From assembly GCA_963821525.1 (NCBI GenBank), contig CAWGED010000019.1, positions 288,001 to 352,000 of the forward strand: a stretch of 64,000 nucleotides of DNA, in the 5' to 3' direction. This document shows positions 34,001 to 44,984 of the stretch, piece by piece. The notes beneath the pieces were generated by a model. The model searched no databases. It was not told where the DNA came from and saw nothing but the letters and a program-made list of their open reading frames with translations. Source of the stretch: an uncultured Gemmatimonadales bacterium. Lineage in GTDB: Bacteria; Gemmatimonadota; Gemmatimonadetes; Gemmatimonadales; GWC2-71-9. Within the stretch, counting starts at the first letter, position 1; every line of letters begins with the position of its first letter. Both the position numbers and the translations under genes were made by a program.

Positions 34001-36632
34001 CGAGGCCGAGCGCACCCTCCTGGCCAGCGTGGCCCGCGCAATTCTGAGCGGCGATCGGGGAGAGTTGGCTAACCAGCTGGACCGACCCTACCCCGATCTG
34101 CTTTGGCAGGACCATCTCCCACCGCCACCGCCGGCGCCGGTCGTAGCGTTGCGTTGGAGCGAGACCGAAGTCCCGCCTCTCGTCTTTCCCAACGGCACTG
34201 GTGGGTTCACGGCGAATGGGCAGGAGTACGTGATCGTGCTCGAAGGGGAGGCGGAGACTCCGCAGCCCTGGGTCAATGTCATGGCCAACCCGTCTTTCGG
34301 CACCGTGGTTTCCGCTTCGGGCTCGGCCTATACCTGGGCGGAAAACAGCCGGGAGAATCGTCTTACACCGTTTGCCAACGATCCGGTCACCGACGCAACC
34401 TCGGAAGCGCTGTTCATCAGGGACGAGGAGGATGGCCGGGTCTGGTCTCCTGCTCCGGGACCACTACCACGCAATCGGGACAGTGGACGCTTCGTGATCC
34501 GGCACGCGCCCGGCGTGTCGCGCTTTACCCAGGCGGCCCAGGGCGTCATGCACGACCTGAGCGTGTTCGTGGACGCAAACGATCCGGTCAAGTTCGCGGT
34601 GCTGAATCTCTCGAACCGGAGCGGGCGCCGCCGCAAGCTCAGTGTGTTCGGCTACAACGAGTGGATCCTCGGCCCGCCGCAGCCGGGGGAAGAATTTCAC
34701 GTCGTCACCGAGCTCGACTCGGAGACCGGCGCGATCCTGGCGAGAAATCCCTACAACCAGGAATTCGCCGGTAGAGTCGCCTTTGCCTGCGTCAGCGAGC
34801 GTTTCAGCTCAGCGACGGGAGATCGGCTCTTCTTCCTCGGTCGCAACGGATCCTTCACGAGAGCCGCTGCACTGAGCAGCCCGGGGCTTCCCGGCCAGTT
34901 CGGCGCCGGGCTCGATCCCTGCGCAGCATTTCAAGTCAAGGTGGACCTGGGCCCCGGAGAAAGCCGCCGCCTCGTCTTCCTGCTGGGCCAGGGCCGCGAC
35001 CGGGATCATGCGCTGGAACTCATCCTGCGCCACCGCAGTGTGGCCGCGGCCGACCGGGCTCTCGCCACCGTCCAGCGATTCTGGAATGACCTGCTCGGCA
35101 CCATTCAGGTTCGCACTCCCGATGATTCCTTCGACGTGCTGATGAACCGCTGGCTGATGTACCAGAACCTCAGTTGCCGGTTCTGGGCCCGATCCGCCTT
35201 CTACCAGCCCGGCGGAGCATTCGGGTTCCGCGATCAGCTTCAGGATGCGATGGCGCTCTGCCTCGCGCGGCCCGACCTCCTGCGCGCTCATCTGCTCCGT
35301 GCGGCCTCGCGCCAGTTCCTCGAGGGAGACGTGCAACACTGGTGGCACGAGCCCTCTGGCAAGGGAACCCGCACCCGGTGTTCCGACGATCTACTGTGGC
35401 TGCCCTTCGCAACGGCGCACTACGTGAATACCACGGGCGATGAGGCAGTGCTCGACGAGGTCGTTTCGTTCCTCGAGGCGCCACCACTCGCGCCCTCCGA
35501 GGCGGAGGTCTACGGCGAGCCCAAAGTGGCCGCCGAGTCCGCTTCCCTGTTCCAGCACTGCGTGCGCGCGATAGACCGCAGCTTGACCGCCGGACGTCAC
35601 GGCTTGCCGCTGATTGGAAGCGGGGACTGGAACGACGGTATGAATCGGGTCGGCCAGGACGGGCGGGGCGAGAGCGTTTGGCTCGGCTGGTTCCTGCATA
35701 CGGTCCTGCAGCAGTTCCAGCCGTTGTGCCAGGCGCGCGATCCCTCCCTCGCGGCGCGCTATGGTGGTGAGCGAAACCGGCTCGGCCTCATGCTGGGGCA
35801 GGCGTGGGATGGAAACTGGTATCGGCGCGCCTACTACGACGACGGCTCTCCGCTCGGCTCGGCCCAGAACGATGAGTGCAGAATCGATTCAATCGCGCAG
35901 TCGTGGGCCGTGCTTTCAGGAGCCAGCACCACAATCCGGGCCGAACAGGCAATGGATGCGGTCCGAAGTTATCTGGTACAGCGCGGAGCGGGACTGGTCC
36001 TCGTTCTCACCCCGCCGTTCGATCAGTCGGCCCAGGATCCCGGTTACATCAAAGGGTACCCACCCGGGATGCGCGAGAATGGGGGCCAGTACACCCATGC
36101 CGCCATCTGGACCGTCATGGCCCTTGCCCGGCTCGGCAGCGGCGACGAAGCAGTCGAGTTGTTCCACATGGTCAACCCGATCAACCATACTCGGAATTCG
36201 GCCGGCACCGATCGTTATAAAGGAGAGCCCTACGTCACCGCCGGCGACGTCTATTCCCATCACGCACACGTAGGAAGGGCGGGCTGGACCTGGTATACCG
36301 GCTCGGCGGGATGGATGTATCGCGCCGGACTGGAGAGCATCCTCGGCCTCAAGCGGCACGGAGCGACATTCGAGCTGTCGCCCTGCATCCCCACCGTTTG
36401 GCCCGAATACTCGATCACCTGGCGCTTCGGGAAAACCCGCTACGAGATCTCGGTGATCAATCCGGAACATCGCTGTCAGGGAGTCTCCGAGGCCGAGCTG
36501 GACGGCGAACAGGTGGATCCGCGCGCCATCCCGCTGGTAGACGATGGCGGTACTCATAACGTCAGGGTCATCATCGGCGCCCCAGCCCTGACTGTCACCC
36601 GCGGCGCGGTCAGGGGAAGGGCGCGAGCCTGA
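28047..36632 (+). CDS. Cyclic beta-1,2-glucan synthase (GT84 with C-terminal GH94 phosphorylase; Cgs/NdvB-like)
   Basis: About 2860 aa; [72 protein letters not shown]. Confidence 0.92.
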   Translation: MPEARLSPHRRFKNRRHSRVEKPLRAELLSIERLEERARALAGSFTLARQTQIGDRRFFRRLDDNARVLRQTYKILAEAVHREEFVAPAAEWLLDNFHLVEAEIRGVRHDLPREYYRELPKLAPRDMTGMARIYAMALELISHTDGRLDRVQLVRFMTAYQSVAPLTIGELWAWPSMLKLALLENLRRLADETLQSREARLLAERHLASLDGRSRQRGQPSLPDVLGSAYVVHLLQRMREYGAGASRLQAAVTERLANEGTTAEEVIRTEHQNQASAQVSVANAITSLRLCSTLDWSQYFETVSLVEQVLQRDPSGVYGRMDFLSRDRYRQAVEELAEPSGEAQLRVALRSVESARAAAAASSAEHRSAHVGWHLIGRGRPDFETDVAYHPKFTARARRFVFAHGTAVYLGAIGLWTLGLVAGAAAYVRGSGGTLAGALWTAALLLLPASELAIAAVQRLAAHLVPPRRLPRLDFLNGIPQEARTMVVIPTLLTSPDGVAQLLEHLEVVALGNSDPFIHFALLTDFADAPEKEMPGDAELLEAARAGIAAMNRRLGDGRGDLFHLFHRVRQWNPGEGAWIGWERKRGKLEEFNHLLRGAGDTSFMVHEGDASVLPNVRYCITLDSDTLLPRNGARKLIGIIAHPLNRPHFDPRLRRVTEGYGILQPRVSVTQASAAGSLFARVYAGHTGVDPYTTAVSDTYQDLFNEGIYTGKGLYDVDAFMAALDGRVPENALLSHDLFEGLHARPALVTDVEVVDDYPASVLAFARRQHRWARGDWQILFWLFPVVPTRKGLERNTLPTISRWKILDNLRRTLVAPATVAALVCGWLILPGHPLAWTIGIVATLAFPLYPLLLHLLAGPGPQEPNRVFFRILIEDLKTGAAQVLLQLTFLAYNAYQMVHAIALTLVRLIVTQRRLLEWETAASTAKRAAGISGQSGTRFFFGQMVASPVIAVVILLLVGGARPSAVPAAAPILILWAAAPAVAYWLSRPVPVRRRIPLSAEDRLLLRNIARKTWRYFETFMGPEDNGLPPDNFQEVPEPVVAHRTSPTNIAMGLLSTLAAHDLGYIRTRELVGKLEALLDTTEGLERHEGHLLNWYDTRTLAPLLPRYVSTVDSGNLAGALLALAEGLRQLATTPQSDDQICHGLGDTARLASQSVSRLSEAPQHPNEPVSALGTVLAAIGRELDGGETAAACLNAAAKLAPELSGALERLSANQSATPDLSEALWWSRSVESALKGSAINEDGLASKLEDLSDRALAMVESMNFAFLYDRQRQIFSIGYRLPDAEGPGRLDTSYYDLLASEARLASFVAIAKGDVPESHWFHLGRLLTSVNGAATLLSWSGTAFEYLMPLLIMRSYSETLLDQSCRMAVRRQVEYGKQQGVPWGISESGFNVVDRHGNYQYKAFGVPGLGLKRGLGDELVVSPYATALAALMEPATATQNFRRLTRAGGEGVYGYYEAIDFTNRRLDQSAAELMTPVQRGTVVQAYLAHHQGMSLVALANVLLDNPMVRRLHADPRVQATALLLQERIPRHAPLMEARPVEETRVRAPATAASLRRFRSPHTRYPHAQFLSNGSYTTVVTNAGGGASFWRDRAVTRYREDATSDYGSQFIYLRDVRSGAIWSAAYHPTGREADDYLVTFRAERVIYRRRDDEITTQLDIAVSTEDDVEVRRLSVTNHSDRPCELEITSYAEISLSPVRDDLAHPAFNKLFVQTEFIPESRALLCGRRLRSPDEAGAWAIHVLSVEGRIQGAVEWETDRARFLGRGRDPSRPVALDGRALSGTTGAVLDPIMSLRQRIRLAPGGFLRLSFSTGMASSREQALAMAQKYQDPSAAARTFTLAHTQVQSALRHLGISSDDASLFERLASRVLYGDGSLRAPPDLLARNELGQAGLWPHGISGDLPILLVRVVEEDDLPLVRQVLQAQEYWRLKGLRADVVVLNEHPASYLDEMHVQLTSLLDTGNWAAWKHKPGGAYLLRGDRMTEAERTLLASVARAILSGDRGELANQLDRPYPDLLWQDHLPPPPPAPVVALRWSETEVPPLVFPNGTGGFTANGQEYVIVLEGEAETPQPWVNVMANPSFGTVVSASGSAYTWAENSRENRLTPFANDPVTDATSEALFIRDEEDGRVWSPAPGPLPRNRDSGRFVIRHAPGVSRFTQAAQGVMHDLSVFVDANDPVKFAVLNLSNRSGRRRKLSVFGYNEWILGPPQPGEEFHVVTELDSETGAILARNPYNQEFAGRVAFACVSERFSSATGDRLFFLGRNGSFTRAAALSSPGLPGQFGAGLDPCAAFQVKVDLGPGESRRLVFLLGQGRDRDHALELILRHRSVAAADRALATVQRFWNDLLGTIQVRTPDDSFDVLMNRWLMYQNLSCRFWARSAFYQPGGAFGFRDQLQDAMALCLARPDLLRAHLLRAASRQFLEGDVQHWWHEPSGKGTRTRCSDDLLWLPFATAHYVNTTGDEAVLDEVVSFLEAPPLAPSEAEVYGEPKVAAESASLFQHCVRAIDRSLTAGRHGLPLIGSGDWNDGMNRVGQDGRGESVWLGWFLHTVLQQFQPLCQARDPSLAARYGGERNRLGLMLGQAWDGNWYRRAYYDDGSPLGSAQNDECRIDSIAQSWAVLSGASTTIRAEQAMDAVRSYLVQRGAGLVLVLTPPFDQSAQDPGYIKGYPPGMRENGGQYTHAAIWTVMALARLGSGDEAVELFHMVNPINHTRNSAGTDRYKGEPYVTAGDVYSHHAHVGRAGWTWYTGSAGWMYRAGLESILGLKRHGATFELSPCIPTVWPEYSITWRFGKTRYEISVINPEHRCQGVSEAELDGEQVDPRAIPLVDDGGTHNVRVIIGAPALTVTRGAVRGRARA

Positions 36633-36637
36633 GGCCG

Positions 36638-37600
36638 CTAATTCCCGGCGATCAGTCTGGCATGTCCGCCCGGAGAAGATTCCACCAGGAGCGTCTCGCC
36701 TCCCTGCACCGTGATCGATCCCCTACCGACAATGCTGCCCGAAGGATTCAGCTGAAACTGGTCGTCGAGGTAGAAGACGTTTACCCACAGCTCGTACTCG
36801 TAGGTTCCAGCCGGGAGCGATTGCAGCGCAACGGCCTGCGGCTGGTGCAGGTTGGACACCGCGCTTTGAATATTCCCGATTCTGAAGTGAATCTCCTGCC
36901 ACGGGACCCGGTCGGAATGCAGTGGTGCCGTTACCGTAATTCCGGCATTCGCAGCGGCTGAACTGGTCGGACCGGGGTCTGCCGTCGTGACGCTGTCGGT
37001 CCGGACGGTCTCATCCGCGCCAGGGATGCATGACAGGATCTTTGTGGCACGCTGTGAGCCGGAAGGGTGCGCCGCATCGTACCGGAAGGGCCCCATGCGG
37101 GTGAAGAAGTGGATTGCCGCCCCGACCGCAGACGGATTATCCCCGGTCAGTTTGGCTGCGGCGTAGCAGTCTGCCGCGAGCTCTTGCTCCTGCAACTTGG
37201 CGTTGAAAGACTTCCGATTTCCTGCCAGCGCGTGGGCCCGCGTGTGGCGCAGCGTGATGTGTCCGTACTCGTGCGCCATGAAGAAGGCGGAGAGCTGGGG
37301 CCCTAGACGCTGCAGGTAGTCGGGATTGTAGTAGATGATCGAACCCTTCGGATCGTAGACCGCGACGGCGACATCATGCAGCGTATCCAGCGCGATCTCG
37401 CGCACCGGTAGTGACTGGGGACCGCCTTGTGATTCCAGTTCAGTCCGACTGCTCCGACTCCCACCAGTGACACCCAGACCATCATGCCCGAGCGCATACT
37501 CCTCCGGCCAAAAAAATGAAGGCGGGATGAGCGCTCGTGTGAGCGCTACATCTCGCCTTCGGCTGGGGGAGCCTGGCAGCTCCCTCCGCCAAGGTGGCAT
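36638..37600 (-). CDS. Putative zinc metallopeptidase (M48-like)
   Basis: FFMAHEYGH (HExxH), ELAADCYA, HPSGSQR. Start uncertain. Confidence 0.6.
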   Translation of the reverse strand: MPPWRRELPGSPSRRRDVALTRALIPPSFFWPEEYALGHDGLGVTGGSRSSRTELESQGGPQSLPVREIALDTLHDVAVAVYDPKGSIIYYNPDYLQRLGPQLSAFFMAHEYGHITLRHTRAHALAGNRKSFNAKLQEQELAADCYAAAKLTGDNPSAVGAAIHFFTRMGPFRYDAAHPSGSQRATKILSCIPGADETVRTDSVTTADPGPTSSAAANAGITVTAPLHSDRVPWQEIHFRIGNIQSAVSNLHQPQAVALQSLPAGTYEYELWVNVFYLDDQFQLNPSGSIVGRGSITVQGGETLLVESSPGGHARLIAGN

Positions 37601-37602
37601 CT

Positions 37603-37640
37603 CGCTTTTTTACTTCCGAGAGCCGCCTTTTTGCTTCCGA
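37603..37640. repeat. 17-bp direct repeat with 21-bp period
   Basis: CGCTTTTTTACTTCCGA and CGCCTTTTTGCTTCCGA (15/17). Confidence 0.6.
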
Positions 37641-37726
37641 AAACAGTATATCTGAGCTCTCCACGAATCGAAGTGACCAGTGTCACCCTGAATTAGCTGG
37701 GCGCGACGCACAATCCCTCTAAGCCC

Positions 37727-39281
37727 CTACGTTCCAGTTGCTTCCCGGTTCGCGCGACGATGAATCTCGCGAATCGTTTCAATTGTGTCGGCATCCTGCG
37801 CACTCTTGTCGGGCCGATATCCCTTGATTCTCGCGAAGCGCAGCGCGACACCTCCAGGGTATTGCGAGCTCGACTGCACATCGTTGAAGGCGACCTCCAC
37901 GACCAGCTCCGGGCCGCACGTAAACCGTGTAGTCGTCGCGCCGCACCTCGAGTTCCTGCAAACGCGTCGTCTGCCATGCCAGGATCTCGTCCGTCATTCC
38001 CTTGAAGGTCTTGCCCAACATCACGAACTCCCCGCTCGCGGCATCCCGGGCGCCAAGGTGAAGGTTGCTGAGCCAGCCGCGACGCCGGCCGTTTCCCCAC
38101 TCCGCGGCGAGAACAACCAGATCGAGCGTGTGAACCGGCTTGATCTTGAACCAGCGTTGTCCTCGTTGTCCCGCTTCATACCGCGCGTCGAGGGCCTTGG
38201 CCATTACCCCTTCGTGGCCCTGCGCCAATGCGCGATCGAGGAAGGCCTGAGCTTCCGACGGTTCCCCTGTCACCGTGCGCTGGACTAACAGTTGGGACGG
38301 CAGTGACCGGCGCAGGAATTCGTGGCGCTGCTCCTGGGTCAGGTCTAGAAGCGATTTCCCATCGAGGTACAGCAGGTCGAAGAAGAAGGGGGTAAGCGGC
38401 ACCTCGCTGCGCAGCCGATCCACCTCGAGCCGCCGCCCGAAACGGCTCATCGTCGTCTGAAAGGCATGCGGTGATCCGTCGCTCCTGAGCGCAATGACCT
38501 CCCCGTCCAGTATCAGCTCCCGCGAAGGCAATGCCCGGACCGCCTCGACAACCTCAGGTACCGCAGCCGTCACCTCGTTGAGCCGCCGCGTGTAGACCTT
38601 CACCTCGGCGCCTCCTTTGTGCACCTGGATTCGCGCCCCGTCGAGCTTGAATTCGAACGCCGCTCGGCCAAGGCGCTCCAATGCCTCGGCTGGGGCCGCG
38701 GCAGTCTCGGCGAGCATTGGCAGCACCGGCCGGAAAAGCCGGATCGCGAACTCGCCCAGCCCGCTGCCACCGGCCAGAATCGTTCGGGCTACGCTTCCCA
38801 GGTCCCCCGCCGTCATGAAGGCGCGTTGGACTTCCGCTCGGGGCAGCTCTGCGGCGCGGGCGACCGCATCCAGCACCACTCCTTCGAGCGCGCCCTGACG
38901 CAACTCGCCGAGGAGCAGACGCGCCAGAAACTGCTGCTCGACTCGGGTGGCCCGGGCCCACAGACCCCGCAGGAGCCGGGACCGTTCCTGGGCCGAGCCC
39001 TTGCCGCCGATCCGCGCGATTTCTTCCAGGGCCGAATCCACGTCGCTCACGGTGAGAGACGCCGAGTCGGCGCCAGGCGCTTCGGAAAGCGTCGCTACCG
39101 TGGCGTAGCCCACGCCGAGTCGCGGTTGACGGATGGATCCGGTGAGATAGGCGGTCCCGATCTCCACCTCGGCAGCCTCGAGCCGGCGGAGGAGTGCCGC
39201 CAGCAGCGCGACTTTATCCAGCCGTCCGCTTGTGGCGGCGACTCGGCTCGAGGTCTCGACCAGGTCGGCGAGGGTAACCAT
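37727..39281 (-). CDS. ATP-dependent DNA ligase (LigB-like); frameshift near 37910
   Basis: [32 protein letters not shown]; shifted frame continues VVEVAF...[14 protein letters not shown] to a stop at 37727. Confidence 0.9.
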
Positions 39282-39400
39282 GGCAGCAGGATACCCGGGG
39301 TCCCGATGCTGCCGGAAGGCCGCAGGAGTAACGATCCCATCGCTGGCGAGAGCGGAGGCGCGGTATCACCTTGTGTGAAACGGATGAAACGAGGACCTGA

Positions 39401-40006
39401 ATGCGCTACCAGTTTCTGATCGACACCTATGCGACTGAACGGCTCAAGGTGCTCAGCGTGTGGGGCATGTTCGAGGATGGCGATCTTTCGACCCGGCCCC
39501 ATCGGGAGGACCGCCGGGGGCGCAGCGTGCTCGAACAGATGGTCCATCAGTGCATGAGCGAGAATCTCTGGTTCCGCTCCATGCTCGGGATCGACGTCGG
39601 AGCACCGCCGCTGCCCGAGCAGGAGACCCGGAGTGGATTCGTGCGACGCTATGCGGAAGATTCAGGCAAGCGACTCGACCTGCTGCGGGGCAAACCGGAT
39701 GAGTGGTGGGAGGAAGCAGCGGCCTTCTTCGAGGTTCGTCGCAGCCGGGCCTGGATCATGGTGCGGAGGATCGCACACACCGCCCATCATCGCGGCCAGC
39801 AGACCGCTCTCCTGCGCATGCTCCGCCGGGATGTGTATAGCACCTACGGGCCGACCGCCGACACCGGCGGTCTGCCGGCGAATCAAGCACCGACCATCTA
39901 CGCCTTCCCCGATGAGAGTGCGTTGCTCGCCGGAATGGATGGGGGAGACAAATCACAGTTGCCCGGCCCGGGCGCCTCGCTACCGACCGAGCGTCCCAAC
40001 CGGTAG
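39401..40006 (+). CDS. DinB-family protein
   Basis: EQMVHQC...RIAHTAHHRGQ...YGPTAD. Confidence 0.85.
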   Translation: MRYQFLIDTYATERLKVLSVWGMFEDGDLSTRPHREDRRGRSVLEQMVHQCMSENLWFRSMLGIDVGAPPLPEQETRSGFVRRYAEDSGKRLDLLRGKPDEWWEEAAAFFEVRRSRAWIMVRRIAHTAHHRGQQTALLRMLRRDVYSTYGPTADTGGLPANQAPTIYAFPDESALLAGMDGGDKSQLPGPGASLPTERPNR

Positions 40007-40021
40007 GAGGTCGTCCTTTGG

Positions 40022-42681
40022 TCAGTCGGTGCGCAGCGTGTTCGCCGGATCGGCGTGGCTCGCCCGTGCGGCCGGGAGCCAGGAAGCGGCGAGCGCCGTA
40101 ATCACCAGCAGCAGAGGAACCGTGAGAAAGGTGAGCGGATCGGAGGGGGCAACTTCATAAAGGAGTGCTCGCATCGCCCGGGTCGCGCCGAACGCGGCAC
40201 CGATACCCAGGGTAAGTCCCACCAGAACCAGTCTCAGTCCGTGGCGCACGATCAGCCACTGCACATGAGTCGCCCGCGCGCCGAGCGCGATTCGGATCCC
40301 CATCTCCCTGGTGCGCCGCCGGGCGACTTGGGCGATCACGCCGTACACTCCGACTATCGCCAGAGCCAGGCCCACCGAAGCAAACGCGAGGAGCAGCGTC
40401 ATGAAGAATCGCTGGCTCGCGACGGAGCGGGACCAGAGCGCCTCCATCGGATCGATCGAAACGATCGCGAGTTCGGGGTCCAGCTCGCGCACCAGCTGGC
40501 GCACCGAGGTACCGAGGGTGGCCGGAGGCACCGAACTCCGCAGCATCAGCGTCATGTACTCGTTAGGTGTCTGCGCGAACGGGGTGAACACTTCGATGCG
40601 GGGCTCGATTGCGAGGCTCGCCTGGCGCTCGCTACCCACGACCCCGACGATGGTGTACCAGACCGAAGTGGAATCCGGAATGCGGTCGAAGGAGATCCGC
40701 TGGCCCACCGGATCCTGATCCTTGAAGTACTGCCGGGCCAGGGTCTCGTTGATCACCACAACCGGGGGCGAGTCTTCCCGGTCCGCATCGCTGAATACTC
40801 TCCCCGATCGCAGCGGGATGCGCATGACGCGGAAATAGCCCGGTCGCGGCCGTCCGGTGTACGACCTCCGTGCCATACTCATCGGCGGGGCGGCCGGCGA
40901 TGTGAAAGTCGCTGGTCCAGCCGGTGCCAGTGAGTGCCGGAGTGACCACCGTCGCTGCCTCTGTTACTCCGGGCAGGCTCCGCGCCCTTCCCTGCAATTC
41001 ATCAAAGAAGCTGATGATCTTGGTCGAGGTATCGTACTTGGCTGGTGGGAGATTGATCGCGACGGCCAGGACTCCCTTCGGATCAAAACCGGGGTCAACC
41101 TGCTGCAGCCGCCAGAAACTGCGGACCAGAAGACCCGCTCCCGTGGTGAGCAACAATGCCAAAGCGATCTCGGCCACCACCAGGGCATTGGCCCAGCGAC
41201 GAATCCGGCTGCCTTCGCTCGCGAGTCGACCGCCTTCCTTCAGTACATCAGCGGGAGCGCGGCGCCCCCGCCAGATCGCCGGGGCGACGCCAAACAGCAG
41301 CCCGCTGGCCGTCGTGACCGCGACCACGTAGCCGACCACACTCCAGTCGATAGCAACGTCCCCCACCGGTAGCATGCCGGCGGGTTGCAATGCCGAGAGT
41401 GCACCGGTCCCGAGCCAGCCCAGTACCAATCCCGCGAGCCCGCCGAGAGCGGACAACACCAGGCTCTCGGTGAGCGACTGCTGGACTAGTCGGCCCCGCC
41501 CCGCGCCGAGGGCCAGCCTGAGCGCCGCTTCCCTTTCTCGCCCCAGGGCCTGGACCAGCAGCAGGTTCCCCACGTTGGCGCACGCGATGAGAAGGAGCAG
41601 CAGCACCGAGCCAAGCAGCACCCATAGCGGCTGGCGGACCTTGCCGACCAGGAAATCGTGCAAAGGCGTCATGTCGGCGCCCATGACCCGGTTGGTCTCC
41701 GGATATTCCACTTGGAGCTGGCGGACCACGCCCTGGAATTGGGCGTCAGCCTGCTGCTGCGAGACACCGGGCTTGAGTCGCGCCACGACCCGGATCCAGT
41801 GGGCCCGCCTGAAGTGGATCTGAGAGCGTTCGCTGGCCTGCCATGCGACCGGGGTCCAGAGATCGGCGTCCGGCGAAGGGAAGGCAAACCCCTTGGGCAT
41901 GATCCCGACGATCTCGGTGGCGACACCGTTCAGATGAACGATGCGCCCGATGATGGCGCGATCTCCGGCGAACTGCCGTTGCCAGAAACCGTAGCTGATC
42001 ACCGCGACGTTGGAGCTCGAAGCCCAGGTCTCCTCTGGCCGAAAGACCCGCCCGACGGCGGCCGGCACTTCCAGCACCGAGAAGAAGTTGCCGGTGACGT
42101 TCGCCCGGGATACGAGAACGGGGTCGTCGCCAACGCTCAGCGTCTGCCGGCTCGGCCTGTCGATCATACGCGGCAACGTCGGCAAAGGCCGGCACCCGCG
42201 CCTGCCAGTCGAGATAGTTGGCCGGCGCGGCAACCTGCTGATGCCATCCTTTCTCGGGATTGTCCTCCGCCAGCATCATCAGCTGATCCGGCGAAGGGAA
42301 CGGAAGCGGACGGAGAATGACCCGGTTCACGACCGAGAAGATCGCCGTGTTGGCGCCGATGCCCAGGGCAAGAGTCAGGATCGCTGTCGCGGCGAGAAGC
42401 GGATTGCGACGAAAGGTCCGCATGGCGAAACGCGTATCGGCCACCACATCCTCGAGCCACCTCACTCCACGGCCGTCGCGGTGAGCTTCCTTGATCGCGT
42501 CGATTCCTCCGAAGGCGATGAGTGCCTCGCGCCGGGCCTGATCTGCCGGCATGCCGCCGCGAATGTTCTTCGCGGTCTCCATCTCCAGATGGAGCTGGAT
42601 CTCGTCGTCCAAATCCCTCTCGGTGGATTCCCGCTGAAAGAGCGCCTTCCACCAGCGCGCGATCGGCTTGAGCGGTTTCAT
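40022..42681 (-). CDS. ADOP-type duplicated MacB/FtsX ABC permease; frameshifts near 42165 and 40850
   Basis: DLDDEIQLHLE, ALGIGANTAIFS, LLIACANVGNL, EMGIRIALGA, PAARASHADP. Confidence 0.88.
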
Positions 42682-43013
42682 CAGCTGGTCCCTAACACCC
42701 ACTCGACCGCGGACACGTAACGGCGCCAGCTCTCGGTCTCCGTACCCAGCGCCGTTCGCCCGTCGTCAGTCAGCCGGTAATAGCGCGCCTTCCGATTGTT
42801 CTCTGTGGAACCCCACTCGCTCTCGATCCATCCCTTTTGCTCCAGCCGCTGCAGCGCGGGATAAAGCGAGCCCTGGTTCACGTCGAGCACACCGCGGGTA
42901 AACTGCTCGATGCGCTGGCTGATGCCCCAGCCATGCATCGGTTGCAGTGTCAGGGTCTTGAGAATCAGAAGGTCGAGCGTGCCGCGTAGGATGTCGCTGG
43001 AAGGCGTGGCCAC
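42681..43013 (-). CDS. PadR-family regulator (ADOP-associated)
   Basis: GTLDLLILK, HGWGI, GSLYPALQRLE, SENNRKA-type wing (STENNRKARYY); TGATG overlap with the permease. Confidence 0.92.
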   Translation of the reverse strand: MATPSSDILRGTLDLLILKTLTLQPMHGWGISQRIEQFTRGVLDVNQGSLYPALQRLEQKGWIESEWGSTENNRKARYYRLTDDGRTALGTETESWRRYVSAVEWVLGTS

Positions 43014-43036
43014 CGGAGGAACCTCGTGCTGTCGAT

Positions 43037-43074
43037 TTCCGACAGAACGTCGTTTCCCTTCTGTCGGAAGTCAA
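43037..43074 (-). promoter_or_regulatory. Inverted repeat over the padR promoter (putative operator)
   Basis: TTCCGACAGAA-11nt-TTCTGTCGGAA adjoining a minus-strand TTGACT -35. Confidence 0.65.
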
Positions 43075-43112
43075 GAGGAGAGCCGCCCGCCAAACGTCGA
43101 GTGAGCCCCGGA

Positions 43113-43141
43113 TTGACCAAATTGCGCCATATATGTATACT
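43113..43141 (+). promoter_or_regulatory. Sigma70 promoter of marR
   Basis: TTGACC-17nt-TATACT. Confidence 0.7.
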
Positions 43142-43147
43142 ACAGGC

Positions 43148-43588
43148 ATGAACAATAAACCTGTGGTCACCGAGATAAACGTTGATGAGGCCCTGCTCTT
43201 TCAAATAATGGATGCCGCCGAGGCCCTGGAGCGGCGCTTGGATAGCGCGTTGGGTAAGGTAGGCCTGTCGGGCGCCAAGGCGAGTGTACTCCATGCCTTG
43301 GGACAGGGAGACGAAACGCTCACTCTGAGCCAGCTGGCGGATGAGAACTGCTGCGTGAGGTCCAACATCACCCAACTCGTGGACCGGCTGGAGGCTGACG
43401 GCCTGGTTCGAAGGGTCAACGATCCAGATGATCGGCGAATCAAACGGGCGGCTTTGACCGTAGCAGGCAAGAAAGCGTACGAGGACGCCATAAAAGTCAT
43501 CGAAATTCAAGAGCGTTCTGTTCAAAACTTGCTCACTGCTGGAGAAGTCGAGGTGCTGGGCCGAGCGTTGAAAAAGCTGATGGATTAA
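43148..43588 (+). CDS. MarR-family regulator
   Basis: LSQLADENCCVRSNITQLVDRLEADGLVRR...DDRR...LT. Confidence 0.9.
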   Translation: MNNKPVVTEINVDEALLFQIMDAAEALERRLDSALGKVGLSGAKASVLHALGQGDETLTLSQLADENCCVRSNITQLVDRLEADGLVRRVNDPDDRRIKRAALTVAGKKAYEDAIKVIEIQERSVQNLLTAGEVEVLGRALKKLMD

Positions 43589-43823
43589 GGAGTTACCTTT
43601 TTTTTGGATTAGTAGTTCAGGGCTAGATTATATAGCTAAGTATTATCCAGTTACGCTGTTGTTACGTCGAGGCGGGTTTTTGCGCCTCATGGCAGGGGTG
43701 ATCCAGTCACTGCGCATTATGTCGAGAAGGGCAACTCTGGAACGACTAGAAGGTGGTAGGATCAGAAATGTGCTATATGCGTGCAGGGGCGACCGTAAGA
43801 GTCATACGCTGAGGAGAGGACCC

Positions 43824-44948
43824 ATGAGTCGTAGTTTCCACAATTCCGCCGGCTTGTCCGGACCCGCAGTTCTGCTGGCCGTGGTGCTGTTGACTGGAAC
43901 CGGCCTCGCGGCCTGGAAGAGCGCCTCGATCCGGAAATCCAACGAGGCGTCCTCTCACCAGCCGGAGCCAATCGAGGCGGTGACCACCGCCGTGGCCGTG
44001 GAGCGACAGTATCGCCAGAGCACGACCTCGATCGGGACGGTACTTGCCCTGCGCTCCATCACGTTGAGCAACGAGCTCGCCGGCACCGTGCGGCGGGTCA
44101 ATCTGACCCCCGGTCAAGTCGTTGAGGAAGGCACCGTGCTGGTGGGTCTCGACGTCTCCGTGGAGGAGGCGGACCTGCAGGCCCAGCAGGCCCGGGCCGC
44201 TCTCGCGGAGACCACACTCGAGCGCCTGAAGCGGTTGCAGCAGGCTAAAGCCACTTCGCAGGAAGAGGTGGACCAGGCGAGTGCTGCGCAGGATGTCGCG
44301 TTGGCGGAGACCGCCCGTATCAAGGCCGTCATTGCCCGGAAGACCATCCGCGCACCCTTCCGCGCCCGGATCGGCATCTCGGACGTGCACACCGGCCAGT
44401 ATTTGGCCGAGGGCACCGAGCTCACGACCCTGCAAGGTGTCGAGACTGCGGCGAACGTGGATTTCACCGTGGCCCAAAGCGTCGCGGCCGCCCTTCACCA
44501 GGGTGATCTCGTTGCCGTAGTCGCCCCTCAGGATTCGACACGGCTACCGGCGAGAATCACGGCGATCGACTCACGAGTCGATCCCACGACCCGCAATGCG
44601 CTGGTGCGCGCGAAGCTGACCTCGCGAGCCCCTGCGCCTGGTGCCTCGGTACGAGTCGAGATTCCGGTGGGTCCCTCCGGCAAAGCCGTGGGCATCCCGG
44701 TCAGTGCCCTGCGCAAGGGACCCGGCGGCGATCACGTGTTCGTGATTGCTCCGGACTCGACGGGAAAGCCGCGGGCCCACGAGCGCCCGGTAGTAGCCGG
44801 CGCAACGGCGGGCGACGAGATCCTGATCGTCTCCGGCCTCAAGCCGGATGAAGTGGTGGCAACCTCGGGATCCTTCAAGCTGCGCGAGGGCGTGCTGGTC
44901 GCCGCTCCTGCGGCCGATTCAGCCTCCAACTCGAACGTGAAGCCGTAA
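43824..44948 (+). CDS. RND efflux periplasmic adaptor (MFP)
   Basis: TIRAPFRARIG, IDSRVDPTTR, SGLKPDEVVATSG. Confidence 0.9.
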   Translation: MSRSFHNSAGLSGPAVLLAVVLLTGTGLAAWKSASIRKSNEASSHQPEPIEAVTTAVAVERQYRQSTTSIGTVLALRSITLSNELAGTVRRVNLTPGQVVEEGTVLVGLDVSVEEADLQAQQARAALAETTLERLKRLQQAKATSQEEVDQASAAQDVALAETARIKAVIARKTIRAPFRARIGISDVHTGQYLAEGTELTTLQGVETAANVDFTVAQSVAAALHQGDLVAVVAPQDSTRLPARITAIDSRVDPTTRNALVRAKLTSRAPAPGASVRVEIPVGPSGKAVGIPVSALRKGPGGDHVFVIAPDSTGKPRAHERPVVAGATAGDEILIVSGLKPDEVVATSGSFKLREGVLVAAPAADSASNSNVKP

Positions 44949-44984
44949 GCACTCCGCCACGAACTACGGGACACGAGAACTCCG

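Noticed and set aside
37727..40006. ATP-dependent ligase and DinB as prophage, NHEJ or DNA polymerase IV markers
   Set aside because: No phage genes, Ku or LigD domains; this DinB is the four-helix metalloprotein family, not Pol IV.
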